From Eledone cirrhosa (Eukaryota), in contig OZ024741.1 of NCBI GenBank assembly GCA_964016885.1, positions 403,310,001 through 403,374,000 of the forward strand: a stretch of 64,000 nucleotides of DNA, written 5' to 3'. The notes under the pieces are model-generated. The model was not told the origin of the DNA, ran no database searches, and saw only the letters and a program-made list of their open reading frames with translations. This document shows, in pieces, positions 27,361 through 41,389 of the stretch. Each line of letters starts with the position of its first letter. Position 1 is the stretch's first letter. A program made the translations under genes and the position numbers.

Positions 27361-30300
27361 AGGGACTACTATCTTTAACCCAGGTAGGGACTACTATCTT
27401 TAACCCAGGTAGTGACTACTATCTTTAACCCAGGTAGGGACTACTATCTTTAACCCAGGTAGGGACTACTATCTTTAACCCAGGTAGGGACTACTATCTT
27501 TAACCCTGGTAGTGACTACTATCTTTAACCCTGGTAGTGACTACTATCTTTAACCCAGGTAGGGACTACTATCTTTAACCCAGGTAGTGACTACTATCTT
27601 TAACCCAGGTAGGGACTACTATCTTTAACCCAGGTAGTGACTACTATCTTTAACCCAGGTAGGGACTACTATCTTTAACCCAGGTAGTGACTACTATCTT
27701 TAACCCAGGTAGGGACTACTATCTTTAACCCAGGTAGTGACTACTATCTTTAACCCAGGTAGGGACTACTATCTTTAACCCAGGTAGTGACTACTATCTT
27801 TAACCCAGGTAGGGACTACTATCTTTAACCCAGGTAGGGACTACTATCTTTAACCCAGGTAGTGACTACTATCTTTAACCCAGGTAGGGACTACTATCTT
27901 TAACCCAGGTAGTGACTACTATCTTTAACCCAGGTAGGGACTACTATCTTTAACCCAGGTAGGGACTACTATCTTTAACCCAGGTAGGGACTACTATCTT
28001 TAACCCTGGTAGTGACTACTATCTTTAACCCTGGTAGTGACTACTATCTTTAACCCAGGTAGGGACTACTATCTTTAACCCAGGTAGTGACTACTATCTT
28101 TAACCCAGGTAGGGACTACTATCTTTAACCCAGGTAGTGACTACTATCTTTAACCCAGGTAGGGACTACTATCTTTAACCCAGGTAGGGACTACTATCTT
28201 TAACCCAGGTAGGGACTACTATCTTTAACCCTGGTAGTGACTACTATCTTTAACCCTGGTAGTGACTACTATCTTTAACCCAGGTAGGGACTACTATCTT
28301 TAACCCAGGTAGTGACTACTATCTTTAACCCTGGTAGTGACTACTATCTTTAACCCTGGTAGTGACTACTATCTTTAACCCAGGTAGTGACTACTACCTT
28401 TAACCCAGGTAGGGACTACTATCTTTAACCCAGGTAGTGACTACTATCTTTAACCAAGGTAGTGACTACTATCTTTAACCCAGGTAGGGACTACTACCTT
28501 TAACCCTGGTAGTGACTACTACCTTTAACCCAGGTATCGACTACTATCTTTAACCCAGGTAGGGACTACTACCTTTAACCCTGGTAGTGACTACTACCTT
28601 TAACCCAGGTAGTGACTACTACCTTTAACCCAGGTAGGGACTACTATCTTTAACCCAGGTAGTGACTACTACCTTTAACCCAGGTAGGGACTACTATCTT
28701 TAACCCAGGTAGTGACTACTATCTTTAACCCAGGTAGTGACTACTATCTTTAACCCAGGTAGGGACTACTATCTTTAACCCAGGTAGGGACTACTATCTT
28801 TAACCCAGGTAGGGACTACTATCTTTAACCCAGGTAGTGACTACTATCTTTAACCCAGGTAGGGACTACTACCTTTAACCCAGGTAGGGACTACTCTCTT
28901 TAACCCAGGTAGGGACTACTACCTTTAACCCAGGTAGGGACTACTATCTTTAACCCAGGTATCGACTACTATCTTTAACCCAGGTAGGGACTACTATCTT
29001 TAACCCAGGTATCGACTACTATCTTTAACCCAGGTAGGGACTACTATCTTTAACCCAGGTAGGGACTACTATCTTTAACCCAGGTAGTGACTACTATCTT
29101 TAACCCAAGTAGTGACTACTATCTTTAACCCAGGTAGGGACTACTATCTTTAACCCAGGTAGGGACTACTATCTTTAACCCAAGTAGTGACTACTATCTT
29201 TAACCCAGGTATCGACTACTATCTTTAACCCAGGTAGGGACTACTATCTTTAACCCAGGTAGGGACTACTATCTTTAACCCAAGTAGTGACTACTATCTT
29301 TAACCCAGGTAGTGACTACTATCTTTAACCCAGGTAGGGACTACTATCTTTAACCCAGGTAGGGACTACTATCTTTAACCCAGGTAGGGACTACTATCTT
29401 TAACCCAGGTAGGGACTACTATCTTTAACCCAAGTAGTGACTACTATCTTTAACCCAGGTAGTGACTACTATCTTTAACCCAAGTAGGGACTACTATCTT
29501 TAACCCAAGTAGTGACTACTATCTTTAACCCAGGTAGGGACTACTATCTTTAACCCAGGTAGTGACCATCTTTAACCCAGGTAGGGACTACTATCTTTAA
29601 CCCAGGTAGGGACTACTATCTTTAACCCAGGTATCGACTACTATCTTTAACCCAGGTAGGGACTACTATCTTTAACCCAGGTATCGACTACTATCTTTAA
29701 CCCAGGTAGGGACTACTACCTTTAACCCAGGTAGGGACTAATATCTTTAACCCTGGTAGTGACTACTACCTTTAACCCAGGTAGTGACTACTATCTTTAA
29801 CCCAGGTAGGGACTACTACCTTTAACCCAGGTAGGGACTACTCTCTTTAACCCAGGTAGGGACTACTACCTTTAACCCAGGTAGGGACTACTCTCTTTAA
29901 CCCAGGTAGGGACTACTACCTTTAACCCAGGTAGGGACTACTATCTTTAACCCAGGTAGGGACTACTATCTTTAACCCTGGTAGTGACTACTACCTTTAA
30001 CCCAGGTATCGACTACTATCTTTAACCCAGGTAGGGACTACTACCTTTAACCCTGGTAGTGACTACTACCTTTAACCCAGGTAGTGACTACTACCTTCAA
30101 CCCAGGTAGGGACTACTATCTTTAACCCAGGTAGTGACTACTACCTTTAACCCAGGTAGGGACTACTATCTTTAACCCAGGTAGTGACTACTATCTTTAA
30201 CCCAGGTAGTGACTACTATCTTTAACCCAGGTAGGGACTACTATCTTTAACCCAGGTAGGGACTACTATCTTTAACCCAGGTAGGGACTACTATCTTTAA

Positions 30301-30679
30301 CCCAGGTAGTGACTACTATCTTTAACCCAGGTAGGGACTACTACCTTTAACCCAGGTAGGGACTACTCTCTTTAACCCAGGTAGGGACTACTACCTTTAA
30401 CCCAGGTAGGGACTACTATCTTTAACCCAGGTATCGACTACTATCTTTAACCCAGGTAGGGACTACTATCTTTAACCCAGGTATCGACTACTATCTTTAA
30501 CCCAGGTAGGGACTACTATCTTTAACCCAGGTAGTGACTACTATCTTTAACCCAGGTATCGACTACTATCTTTAACCCAGGTAGGGACTACTATCTTTAA
30601 CCCAGGTATCGACTACTATCTTTAACCCAGGTAGGGACTACTATCTTTAACCCAGGTAGTGACTACTATCTTTAACCCA

Positions 30680-33600
30680 GGTATCGACTACTATCTTTAA
30701 CCCAGGTAGGGACTACTATCTTTAACCCAGGTAGGGACTACTATCTTTAACCCAGGTAGGGACTACTATCTTTAACCCAGGTAGGGACTACTATCTTTAA
30801 CCCAGGTAGTGACTACTATCTTTAACCCAGGTAGGGACTACTATCTTTAACCCAGGTAGTGACTACTATCTTTAACCCAAGTAGTGACTACTATCTTTAA
30901 CCCAGGTAGGGACTACTATCTTTAACCCAAGTAGTGACTACTATCTTTAACCCAGGTAGTGACTACTATCTTTAACCCAAGTAGGGACTACTATCTTTAA
31001 CCCAAGTAGTGACTACTATCTTTAACCCAGGTAGGGACTACTATCTTTAACCCAGGTATCGACTACTATCTTTAACCCAGGTAGGGACTACTATCTTTAA
31101 CCCAGGTAGTGACTACTATCTTTAACCCAGGTATCGACTACTATCTTTAACCCAGGTAGGGACTACTATCTTTAACCCAGGTAGGGACTACTATCTTTAA
31201 CCCAGGTAGGGACTACTATCTTTAACCCAGGTAGGGACTACTATCTTTAACCCAGGTAGTGACTACTATCTTTAACCCAGGTAGGGACTACTATCTTTAA
31301 CCCAGGTAGTGACTACTATCTTTAACCCAAGTAGTGACTACTATCTTTAACCCAGGTAGGGACTACTATCTTTAACCCAAGTAGTGACTACTATCTTTAA
31401 CCCAGGTAGTGACTACTATCTTTAACCCAAGTAGGGACTACTATCTTTAACCCAAGTAGTGACTACTATCTTTAACCCAGGTAGGGACTACTATCTTTAA
31501 CCCAAGTAGGGACTACTATCTTTAACCCAGGTAGTGACTACTATCTTTAACCCAGGTAGGGACTACTATCTTTAACCCAGGTAGTGACTACTATCTTTAA
31601 CCCAAGTAGGGACTACTATCTTTAACCCAAGTAGTGACTACTATCTTTAACCCAGGTAGGGACTACTATCTTTAACCCAAGTAGGGACTACTATCTTTAA
31701 CCCAGGTAGGGACTACTATCTTTAACCCAGGTAGGGACTACTATCTTTAACCCAAGTAGTGACTACTATCTTTAACCCAGGTAGTGACTACTATCTTTAA
31801 CCCAAGTAGGGACTACTATCTTTAACCCAAGTAGTGACTTCTATCTTTAACCCAGGTAGGGACTACTATCTTTAACCCAGGTAGGGACTACTATCTTTAA
31901 CCCAAGTAGTGACTACTATCTTTAACCCAGGTAGTGACTACTATCTTTAACCCAAGTAGGGACTACTATCTTTAACCCAAGTAGTGACTACTATCTTTAA
32001 CCCAGGTAGGGACTACTATCTTTAACCCAAGTAGGGACTACTATCTTTAACCCAGGTAGTGACTACTATCTTTAACCCAGGTAGGGACTACTATCTTTAA
32101 CCCAAGTAGTGACTACTATCTTTAACCCAGGTAGTGACTACTATCTTTAACCCAAGTAGGGACTACTATCTTTAACCCAAGTAGTGACTACTATCTTTAA
32201 CCCAGGTAGGGACTACTATCTTTAACCCAAGTAGGGACTACTATCTTTAACCCAGGTAGGGACCACTATCTTTAACCCAGGTAGGGACTACTATCTTTAA
32301 CCCAAGTAGTGACTACTATCTTTAACCCAGGTAGTGACTACTATCTTTAACCCAAGTAGGGACTACTATCTTTAACCCAAGTAGTGACTTCTATCTTTAA
32401 CCCAGGTAGGGACTACTATCTTTAACCCAGGTAGGGACTACTATCTTTAACCCAGGTAGTGACTACTATCTTTAACCCAGGTAGGGACTACTATCTTTAA
32501 CCCAGGTAGGGACTACTATCTTTAACCCAGGTAGGGACTACTATCTTTAACCCTGGTAGTGACTACTATCTTTAACCCTGGTAGTGACTACTATCTTTAA
32601 CCCAGGTAGGGACTACTATCTTTAACCCAGGTAGTGACTACTATCTTTAACCCAGGTAGGGACTACTATCTTTAACCCAGGTAGTGACTACTATCTTTAA
32701 CCCAGGTAGGGACTACTATCTTTAACCCAGGTAGTGACTACTATCTTTAACCCAGGTAGGGACTACTATCTTTAACCCAGGTAGTGACTACTATCTTTAA
32801 CCCAGGTAGGGACTACTATCTTTAACCCAGGTAGTGACTACTATCTTTAACCCAGGTAGGGACTACTATCTTTAACCCAGGTAGGGACTACTATCTTTAA
32901 CCCAGGTAGTGACTACTATCTTTAACCCAGGTAGGGACTACTATCTTTAACCCAGGTAGTGACTACTATCTTTAACCCAGGTAGGGACTACTATCTTTAA
33001 CCCAGGTAGGGACTACTATCTTTAACCCAGGTAGGGACTACTATCTTTAACCCTGGTAGTGACTACTATCTTTAACCCTGGTAGTGACTACTATCTTTAA
33101 CCCAGGTAGGGACTACTATCTTTAACCCAGGTAGTGACTACTATCTTTAACCCAGGTAGGGACTACTATCTTTAACCCAGGTAGTGACTACTATCTTTAA
33201 CCCAGGTAGGGACTACTATCTTTAACCCAGGTAGGGACTACTATCTTTAACCCAGGTAGGGACTACTATCTTTAACCCTGGTAGTGACTACTATCTTTAA
33301 CCCTGGTAGTGACTACTATCTTTAACCCAGGTAGGGACTACTATCTTTAACCCAGGTAGTGACTACTATCTTTAACCCTGGTAGTGACTACTATCTTTAA
33401 CCCTGGTAGTGACTACTATCTTTAACCCAGGTATCGACTACTATCTTTAACCCAGGTAGGGACTACTATCTTTAACCCAGGTAGGGACTACTATCTTTAA
33501 CCCAGGTAGGGACTACTATCTTTAACCCAGGTAGGGACTACTATCTTTAACCCAGGTAGTGACTACTATCTTTAACCCAGGTAGGGACTACTATCTTTAA

Positions 33601-36200
33601 CCCAGGTAGTGACTACTATCTTTAACCCAAGTAGTGACTACTATCTTTAACCCAGGTAGGGACTACTATCTTTAACCCAAGTAGTGACTACTATCTTTAA
33701 CCCAGGTAGTGACTACTATCTTTAACCCAAGTAGGGACTACTATCTTTAACCCAAGTAGTGACTACTATCTTTAACCCAGGTAGGGACTACTATCTTTAA
33801 CCCAGGTATCGACTACTATCTTTAACCCAGGTAGGGACTACTATCTTTAACCCAGGTAGTGACTACTATCTTTAACCCAGGTATCGACTACTATCTTTAA
33901 CCCAGGTAGGGACTACTATCTTTAACCCAGGTAGGGACTACTATCTTTAACCCAGGTAGGGACTACTATCTTTAACCCAGGTAGGGACTACTATCTTTAA
34001 CCCAGGTAGTGACTACTATCTTTAACCCAGGTAGGGACTACTATCTTTAACCCAGGTAGTGACTACTATCTTTAACCCAAGTAGTGACTACTATCTTTAA
34101 CCCAGGTAGGGACTACTATCTTTAACCCAAGTAGTGACTACTATCTTTAACCCAGGTAGTGACTACTATCTTTAACCCAAGTAGGGACTACTATCTTTAA
34201 CCCAAGTAGTGACTACTATCTTTAACCCAGGTAGGGACTACTATCTTTAACCCAAGTAGGGACTACTATCTTTAACCCAGGTAGTGACTACTATCTTTAA
34301 CCCAGGTAGGGACTACTATCTTTAACCCAAGTAGTGACTACTATCTTTAACCCAGGTAGTGACTACTATCTTTAACCCAAGTAGGGACTACTATCTTTAA
34401 CCCAAGTAGTGACTACTATCTTTAACCCAGGTAGGGACTACTATCTTTAACCCAAGTAGGGACTACTATCTTTAACCCAGGTAGGGACTACTATCTTTAA
34501 CCCAGGTAGGGACTACTATCTTTAACCCAAGTAGTGACTACTATCTTTAACCCAGGTAGTGACTACTATCTTTAACCCAAGTAGGGACTACTATCTTTAA
34601 CCCAAGTAGTGACTTCTATCTTTAACCCAGGTAGGGACTACTATCTTTAACCCAGGTAGGGACTACTATCTTTAACCCAAGTAGTGACTACTATCTTTAA
34701 CCCAGGTAGTGACTACTATCTTTAACCCAAGTAGGGACTACTATCTTTAACCCAAGTAGTGACTACTATCTTTAACCCAGGTAGGGACTACTATCTTTAA
34801 CCCAAGTAGGGACTACTATCTTTAACCCAGGTAGTGACTACTATCTTTAACCCAGGTAGGGACTACTATCTTTAACCCAAGTAGTGACTACTATCTTTAA
34901 CCCAGGTAGTGACTACTATCTTTAACCCAAGTAGGGACTACTATCTTTAACCCAAGTAGTGACTACTATCTTTAACCCAGGTAGGGACTACTATCTTTAA
35001 CCCAAGTAGGGACTACTATCTTTAACCCAGGTAGGGACCACTATCTTTAACCCAGGTAGGGACTACTATCTTTAACCCAAGTAGTGACTACTATCTTTAA
35101 CCCAGGTAGTGACTACTATCTTTAACCCAAGTAGGGACTACTATCTTTAACCCAAGTAGTGACTTCTATCTTTAACCCAGGTAGGGACTACTATCTTTAA
35201 CCCAGGTAGGGACTACTATCTTTAACCCAGGTAGTGACTACTATCTTTAACCCAGGTAGGGACTACTATCTTTAACCCAGGTAGGGACTACTATCTTTAA
35301 CCCAGGTAGGGACTACTATCTTTAACCCTGGTAGTGACTACTATCTTTAACCCTGGTAGTGACTACTATCTTTAACCCAGGTAGGGACTACTATCTTTAA
35401 CCCAGGTAGTGACTACTATCTTTAACCCAGGTAGGGACTACTATCTTTAACCCAGGTAGTGACTACTATCTTTAACCCAGGTAGGGACTACTATCTTTAA
35501 CCCAGGTAGTGACTACTATCTTTAACCCAGGTAGGGACTACTATCTTTAAACCAGGTAGTGACTACTATCTTTAACCCAGGTAGGGACTACTATCTTTAA
35601 CCCAGGTAGTGACTACTATCTTTAACCCAGGTAGGGACTACTATCTTTAACCCAGGTAGGGACTACTATCTTTAACCCAGGTAGTGACTACTATCTTTAA
35701 CCCAGGTAGGGACTACTATCTTTAACCCAGGTAGTGACTACTATCTTTAACCCAGGTAGGGACTACTATCTTTAACCCAGGTAGGGACTACTATCTTTAA
35801 CCCAGGTAGGGACTACTATCTTTAACCCTGGTAGTGACTACTATCTTTAACCCTGGTAGTGACTACTATCTTTAACCCAGGTAGGGACTACTATCTTTAA
35901 CCCAGGTAGTGACTACTATCTTTAACCCAGGTAGGGACTACTATCTTTAACCCAGGTAGTGACTACTATCTTTAACCCAGGTAGGGACTACTATCTTTAA
36001 CCCAGGTAGGGACTACTATCTTTAACCCAGGTAGGGACTACTATCTTTAACCCTGGTAGTGACTACTATCTTTAACCCTGGTAGTGACTACTATCTTTAA
36101 CCCAGGTAGGGACTACTATCTTTAACCCAGGTAGTGACTACTATCTTTAACCCTGGTAGTGACTACTATCTTTAACCCTGGTAGTGACTACTATCTTTAA
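30680..36200. repeat. Tandem duplication of a ~2.75-kb (110-111 monomer) block
   Basis: GTATCG markers at 30681/33431 and 31051/33801 (offset 2750). Rare GACCAC variant at 32264/35039 (offset 2775). Confidence 0.8.
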
Positions 36201-39200
36201 CCCAGGTAGTGACTACTACCTTTAACCCAGGTAGGGACTACTATCTTTAACCCAGGTAGTGACTACTATCTTTAACCAAGGTAGTGACTACTATCTTTAA
36301 CCCAGGTAGGGACTACTACCTTTAACCCTGGTAGTGACTACTACCTTTAACCCAGGTATCGACTACTATCTTTAACCCAGGTAGGGACTACTACCTTTAA
36401 CCCTGGTAGTGACTACTACCTTTAACCCAGGTAGTGACTACTACCTTTAACCCAGGTAGGGACTACTATCTTTAACCCAGGTAGTGACTACTACCTTTAA
36501 CCCAGGTAGGGACTACTATCTTTAACCCAGGTAGTGACTACTATCTTTAACCCAGGTTGTGACTACTATCTTTAACCCAGGTAGGGACTACTATCTTTAA
36601 CCCAGGTAGGGACTACTATCTTTAACCCAGGTAGGGACTACTATCTTTAACCCAGGTAGTGACTACTATCTTTAACCCAGGTAGGGACTACTACCTTTAA
36701 CCCAGGTAGGGACTACTCTCTTTAACCCAGGTAGGGACTACTACCTTTAACCCAGGTAGGGACTACTATCTTTAACCCAGGTATCGACTACTATCATTAA
36801 CCCAGGTAGGGACTACTATCTTTAACCCAGGTATCGACTACTATCTTTAACCCAGGTAGGGACTACTATCTTTAACCCAGGTAGGGACTACTATCTTTAA
36901 CCCAGGTAGTGACTACTATCTTTAACCCAGGTAGGGACTACTATCTTTAACCCAGGTAGGGACTACTATCTTTAACCCAAGTAGTGACTACTATCTTTAA
37001 CCCAGGTATCGACTACTATCTTTAACCCAGGTAGGGACTACTATCTTTAACCCAGGTAGGGACTACTATCTTTAACCCAAGTAGTGACTACTATCTTTAA
37101 CCCAGGTAGTGACTACTATCTTTAACCCAGGTAGGGACTACTATCTTTAACCCAGGTAGGGACCACTATCTTTAACCCAGGTAGGGACTACTATCTTTAA
37201 CCCAGGTAGGGACTACTATCTTTAACCCAAGTAGTGACTACTATCTTTAACCCAGGTAGTGACTACTATCTTTAACCCAAGTAGGGACTACTATCTTTAA
37301 CCCAAGTAGTGACTACTATCTTTAACCCAGGTAGGGACTACTATCTTTAACCCAGGTAGTGACTATCTTTAACCCAGGTAGGGACCACTATCTTTAACCC
37401 AGGTAGGGACTACTATCTTTAACCCAGGTATCGACTACTATCTTTAACCCAGGTAGGGACTACTATCTTTAACCCAGGTAAGGACTACTACCTTTAACCC
37501 AGGTAGTGACTACTATCTTTAACCCAGGTATCGACTACTATCTTTAACCCAAGTAGTGACTACTATCTTTAACCCAGGTATCGACTAATATCTTTAACCC
37601 AGGTAGGGACTACTATCTTTAACCCAGGTAGGGACTACTATCTTTAACCCAGGTAGGGACTACTATCTTTAACCCAGGTAGGGACTACTACCTTTAACCC
37701 AGGTAGGGACTACTATCTTTAACCCAGGTAGTGACTACTATCTTTAACCCAGGTAGGGACTACTATCTTTAACCCAGGTAGTGACTACTATCTTTAACCC
37801 AGGTAGGGACTACTATCTTTAACCCAGGTAGTGGCTACTATCTTTAACCCAGGTAGTGACTACTATCTTTAACCCAGGTAGGGACTACTACCTTTAACCC
37901 AGGTAGGGACTACTATCTTTAACCCAGGTAGTGACTACTATCTTTAACCCAGGTAGTGACTACTATCTTTAACCCAGGTAGTGACTACTATCTTTAACCC
38001 AGGTAGGGACTACTATCTTTAACCCAGGTAGTGACTACTATCTTTAACCCAGGTAGTGACTACTATCTTTAACCCAGGTAGGGACTACTATCTTTAACCC
38101 AGGTAGTGACTACTATCTTTAACCCAGGTAGTGACTACTATCTTTAACCCAGGTAGGGACTACTATCTTTAACCCAGGTAGTGACTACTATCTTTAACCC
38201 AGGTAGTGACTACTATCTTTAACCCAGGTAGGGACTACTATCTTTAACCCAGGTAGTGACTACTATCTTTAACCCAGGTAGGGACTACTATCTTTAACCC
38301 AGGTAGGGACTACTATCTTTAACCCAGGTAGGGACTACTACCTTTAACCCAGGTAGGGACTACTATCTTTAACCCAGGTAGTGACTACTATCTTTAACCC
38401 AGGTAGTGACTACTATCTTTAACCCAGGTAGTGACTACTATCTTTAACCCAGGTAGTGACTACTATCTTTAACCCAGGTAGTGACTACTATCTTTAACCC
38501 AAGTAGTGACTACTACCTTTAACCCAGGTAGTGGCTACTATCTTTAACCCAGGTAGTGACTACTATCTTTAACCCAGGTAGGGACTACTATCTTTAACCC
38601 AGGTAGTGACTACTATCTTTAACCCAGGTAGGGACTACTATCTTTAACCCAGGTAGTGACTACTATCTTTAACCCAGGTAGTGACTACTATCTTTAACCC
38701 AGGTAGGGACTACTATCTTAAACCCAGGTAGTGACTACTATCTTTAACCCAGGTAGGGACTACTATCTTTAACCCAGGTAGGGACTACTATCTTTAACCC
38801 AGGTAGGGACTACTACCTTTAACCCAGGTAGGGACTACTATCTTTAACCCAGGTAGTGACTACTATCTTTAACCCAGGTAGTGACTACTATCTTTAACCC
38901 AGGTAGTGACTACTATCTTTAACCCAGGTAGTGACTACTATCTTTAACCCAGGTAGTGACTACTATCTTTAACCCAAGTAGTGACTACTACCTTTAACCC
39001 AGGTAGTGGCTACTATCTTTAACCCAGGTAGTGACTACTATCTTTAACCCAGGTAGGGACTACTATCTTTAACCCAGGTAGTGACTACTATCTTTAACCC
39101 AGGTAGGGACTACTATCTTTAACCCAGGTAGTGACTACTATCTTTAACCCAGGTAGTGACTACTATCTTTAACCCAGGTAGTGGCTACTATCTTTAACCC

Positions 39201-41389
39201 AGGTAGTGACTACTATATTTCACCCAGGTAGGGACTACTATCTTTAACCCAGGTAGTGGCTACTATCTTTAACCCAGGTAGGGACTACTATCTTTAACCC
39301 AGGTAGTGACTACTATCTTTAACCCAGGTAGTGACTACTATCTTTAACCCAGGTAGGGACTACTACCTTTAACCCAGGTAGTGACTACTATATTTCACCC
39401 AGGTAGGGACTACTATCTTTAACCAAGGTAGTGACTACTATCTTTAACCCAGGTAGTGACTTCTATCTTTAACCCAGGTAGTGACTACTATCTTTAACCC
39501 AGGTAGTGGCTACTATCTTTAACCCAGGTAGTGACTACTATATTTCACCCAGGTAGTGACTTCTATCTTTAACCCAGGTAGTGACTACTATCTTTAACCC
39601 AGGTAGGGACTACTATCTTTAACCCAAGTAGGGACTACTATCTTTAACCCAGGTAGTGACTACTATCTTTAACCCAAGTAGGGACTACTATCTTTAACCC
39701 AGGTAGGGACTACTACCTTTAACCCAGGTAGGGACTACTATCTTTAACCCAGGTAGGGACTACTATCTTTAATCCAGGTAGGGACTACTATCTTTAACCC
39801 AGGTAGGGACTACTATCTTTAACCCAGGTAGGGACTTCTATCTTTAACCCAGGTAGGGACTATCTTTAACCCAGGTAGTGACTACTATCTTTAACCCAGG
39901 TAGTGACTACTATCTTTAACCCAGGTAGGGACTATTATCTTTAACCCAGGTAGGGACTACTATCTTTAACCCAGGTAGTGACTACTATCTTTAACCCAGG
40001 TAGTGACTACTATCTTTAACCCAGGTAGGGACTACTATCTTTAACCCAGGTAATGACTACTATCTTTAACCCAGGTAGGGACTACTATCTTTAACCCAGG
40101 TAGGGACTACTATCTTTAACCCAGGTAGGGACTACTATCTTTAACCCAAGTAGGGACTACTATCTTTAACCCAGGTAGGGACTACTACCTTTAACCCAGG
40201 TAGGGACTTCTATCTTTAACCCAGGTAGTGACTACTATCTTTAACCCTGGTAGTGACTATTATCTTTAACCCAGGTAGGGACTACTATCTTTAACCCTGG
40301 TAGTGACTATTATCTTTAACCCAGGTAGGGACTACTATCTTTAACCCAGGTAGTGACTACTATCTTTAACCCAGGTAGTGACTACTATCTTTAACCCTGG
40401 TAGTGACTATTATCTTTAACCCAGGTAGGGACTACTATCTTTAACCCAGGTAGGGACTACTATCTTTAACCCAAGTAGGGACTACTATCTTTAACCCAGG
40501 TAGGGACTACTACCTTTAACCCAGGTAGTGACTACTATCTTTAACCCAGGTAGGGACTACTATCTTTAACCCAGGTAGTGACTACTATCTTTAACCCAGG
40601 TAGTGACTACTATATTTAACCCAGGTAGGGACTACTATCTTTAACCCAGGTAGGGACTACTATCTTTAACCCAGGTAGGGACTTCTATCTTTGACCCAGG
40701 TAGGGACTATCTTTAACCCAGGTAGTGACTACTATCTTTAACCCAAGTAGGGACTACTATCTTTAACCCAGGTAGTGACTACTATCTTTAACCCAGGTAG
40801 TGACTGTCTTTAACCCAGGTAGTGACTACTATCTTTAACCCAGGGTAGTGACTACTATCTTTAACCCAGGTAGGGACTACTATCTTTAACCCAGGTAGGG
40901 ACTACTATCTTTAACCCAGGTAGTGACTACTATATTTCACCCAGGTAGTGACTACTATCTTTAACCCAGGTAGGGACTACTATCTTTAACCCAGGTAGTG
41001 ACTACTATCTTTAACCCAGGTAGTGACTACTATCTTTAACCCAGGGTAGTGACTTCTATCTTTAACCCAGGTAGTGACTACTATCTTTAACCCAGGTAGT
41101 GACTACTATCTTTAACCCAGGTAGGGACTACTATCTTTAACCCAGGTAGTGACTACTATTTTTAACCCAGGTAGTGACTATCTTTAACCCAGGTAGGGAC
41201 TACTATCTTTAACCCAGGTAGGGACTACTATCTTTAACCCAGGTAGGGACTATCTTTAACCCAGGTAGTGACTACTATCTTTAACCCAGGGTAGTGACTA
41301 CTATCTTTAACCCAGGTAGTGACTACTATCTTTAACCCAGGTAGGGACTACTATCTTTAACCCAGGTAGGGACTACTATCTTTAACCCT

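Noticed and set aside
26430-35200. CCAGG>CCAAG as a deamination footprint of CCWGG/CHG methylation
   Set aside because: The symmetric change CCAGG>CTAGG was not observed, and the CCAAG abundance is explained by block duplication.
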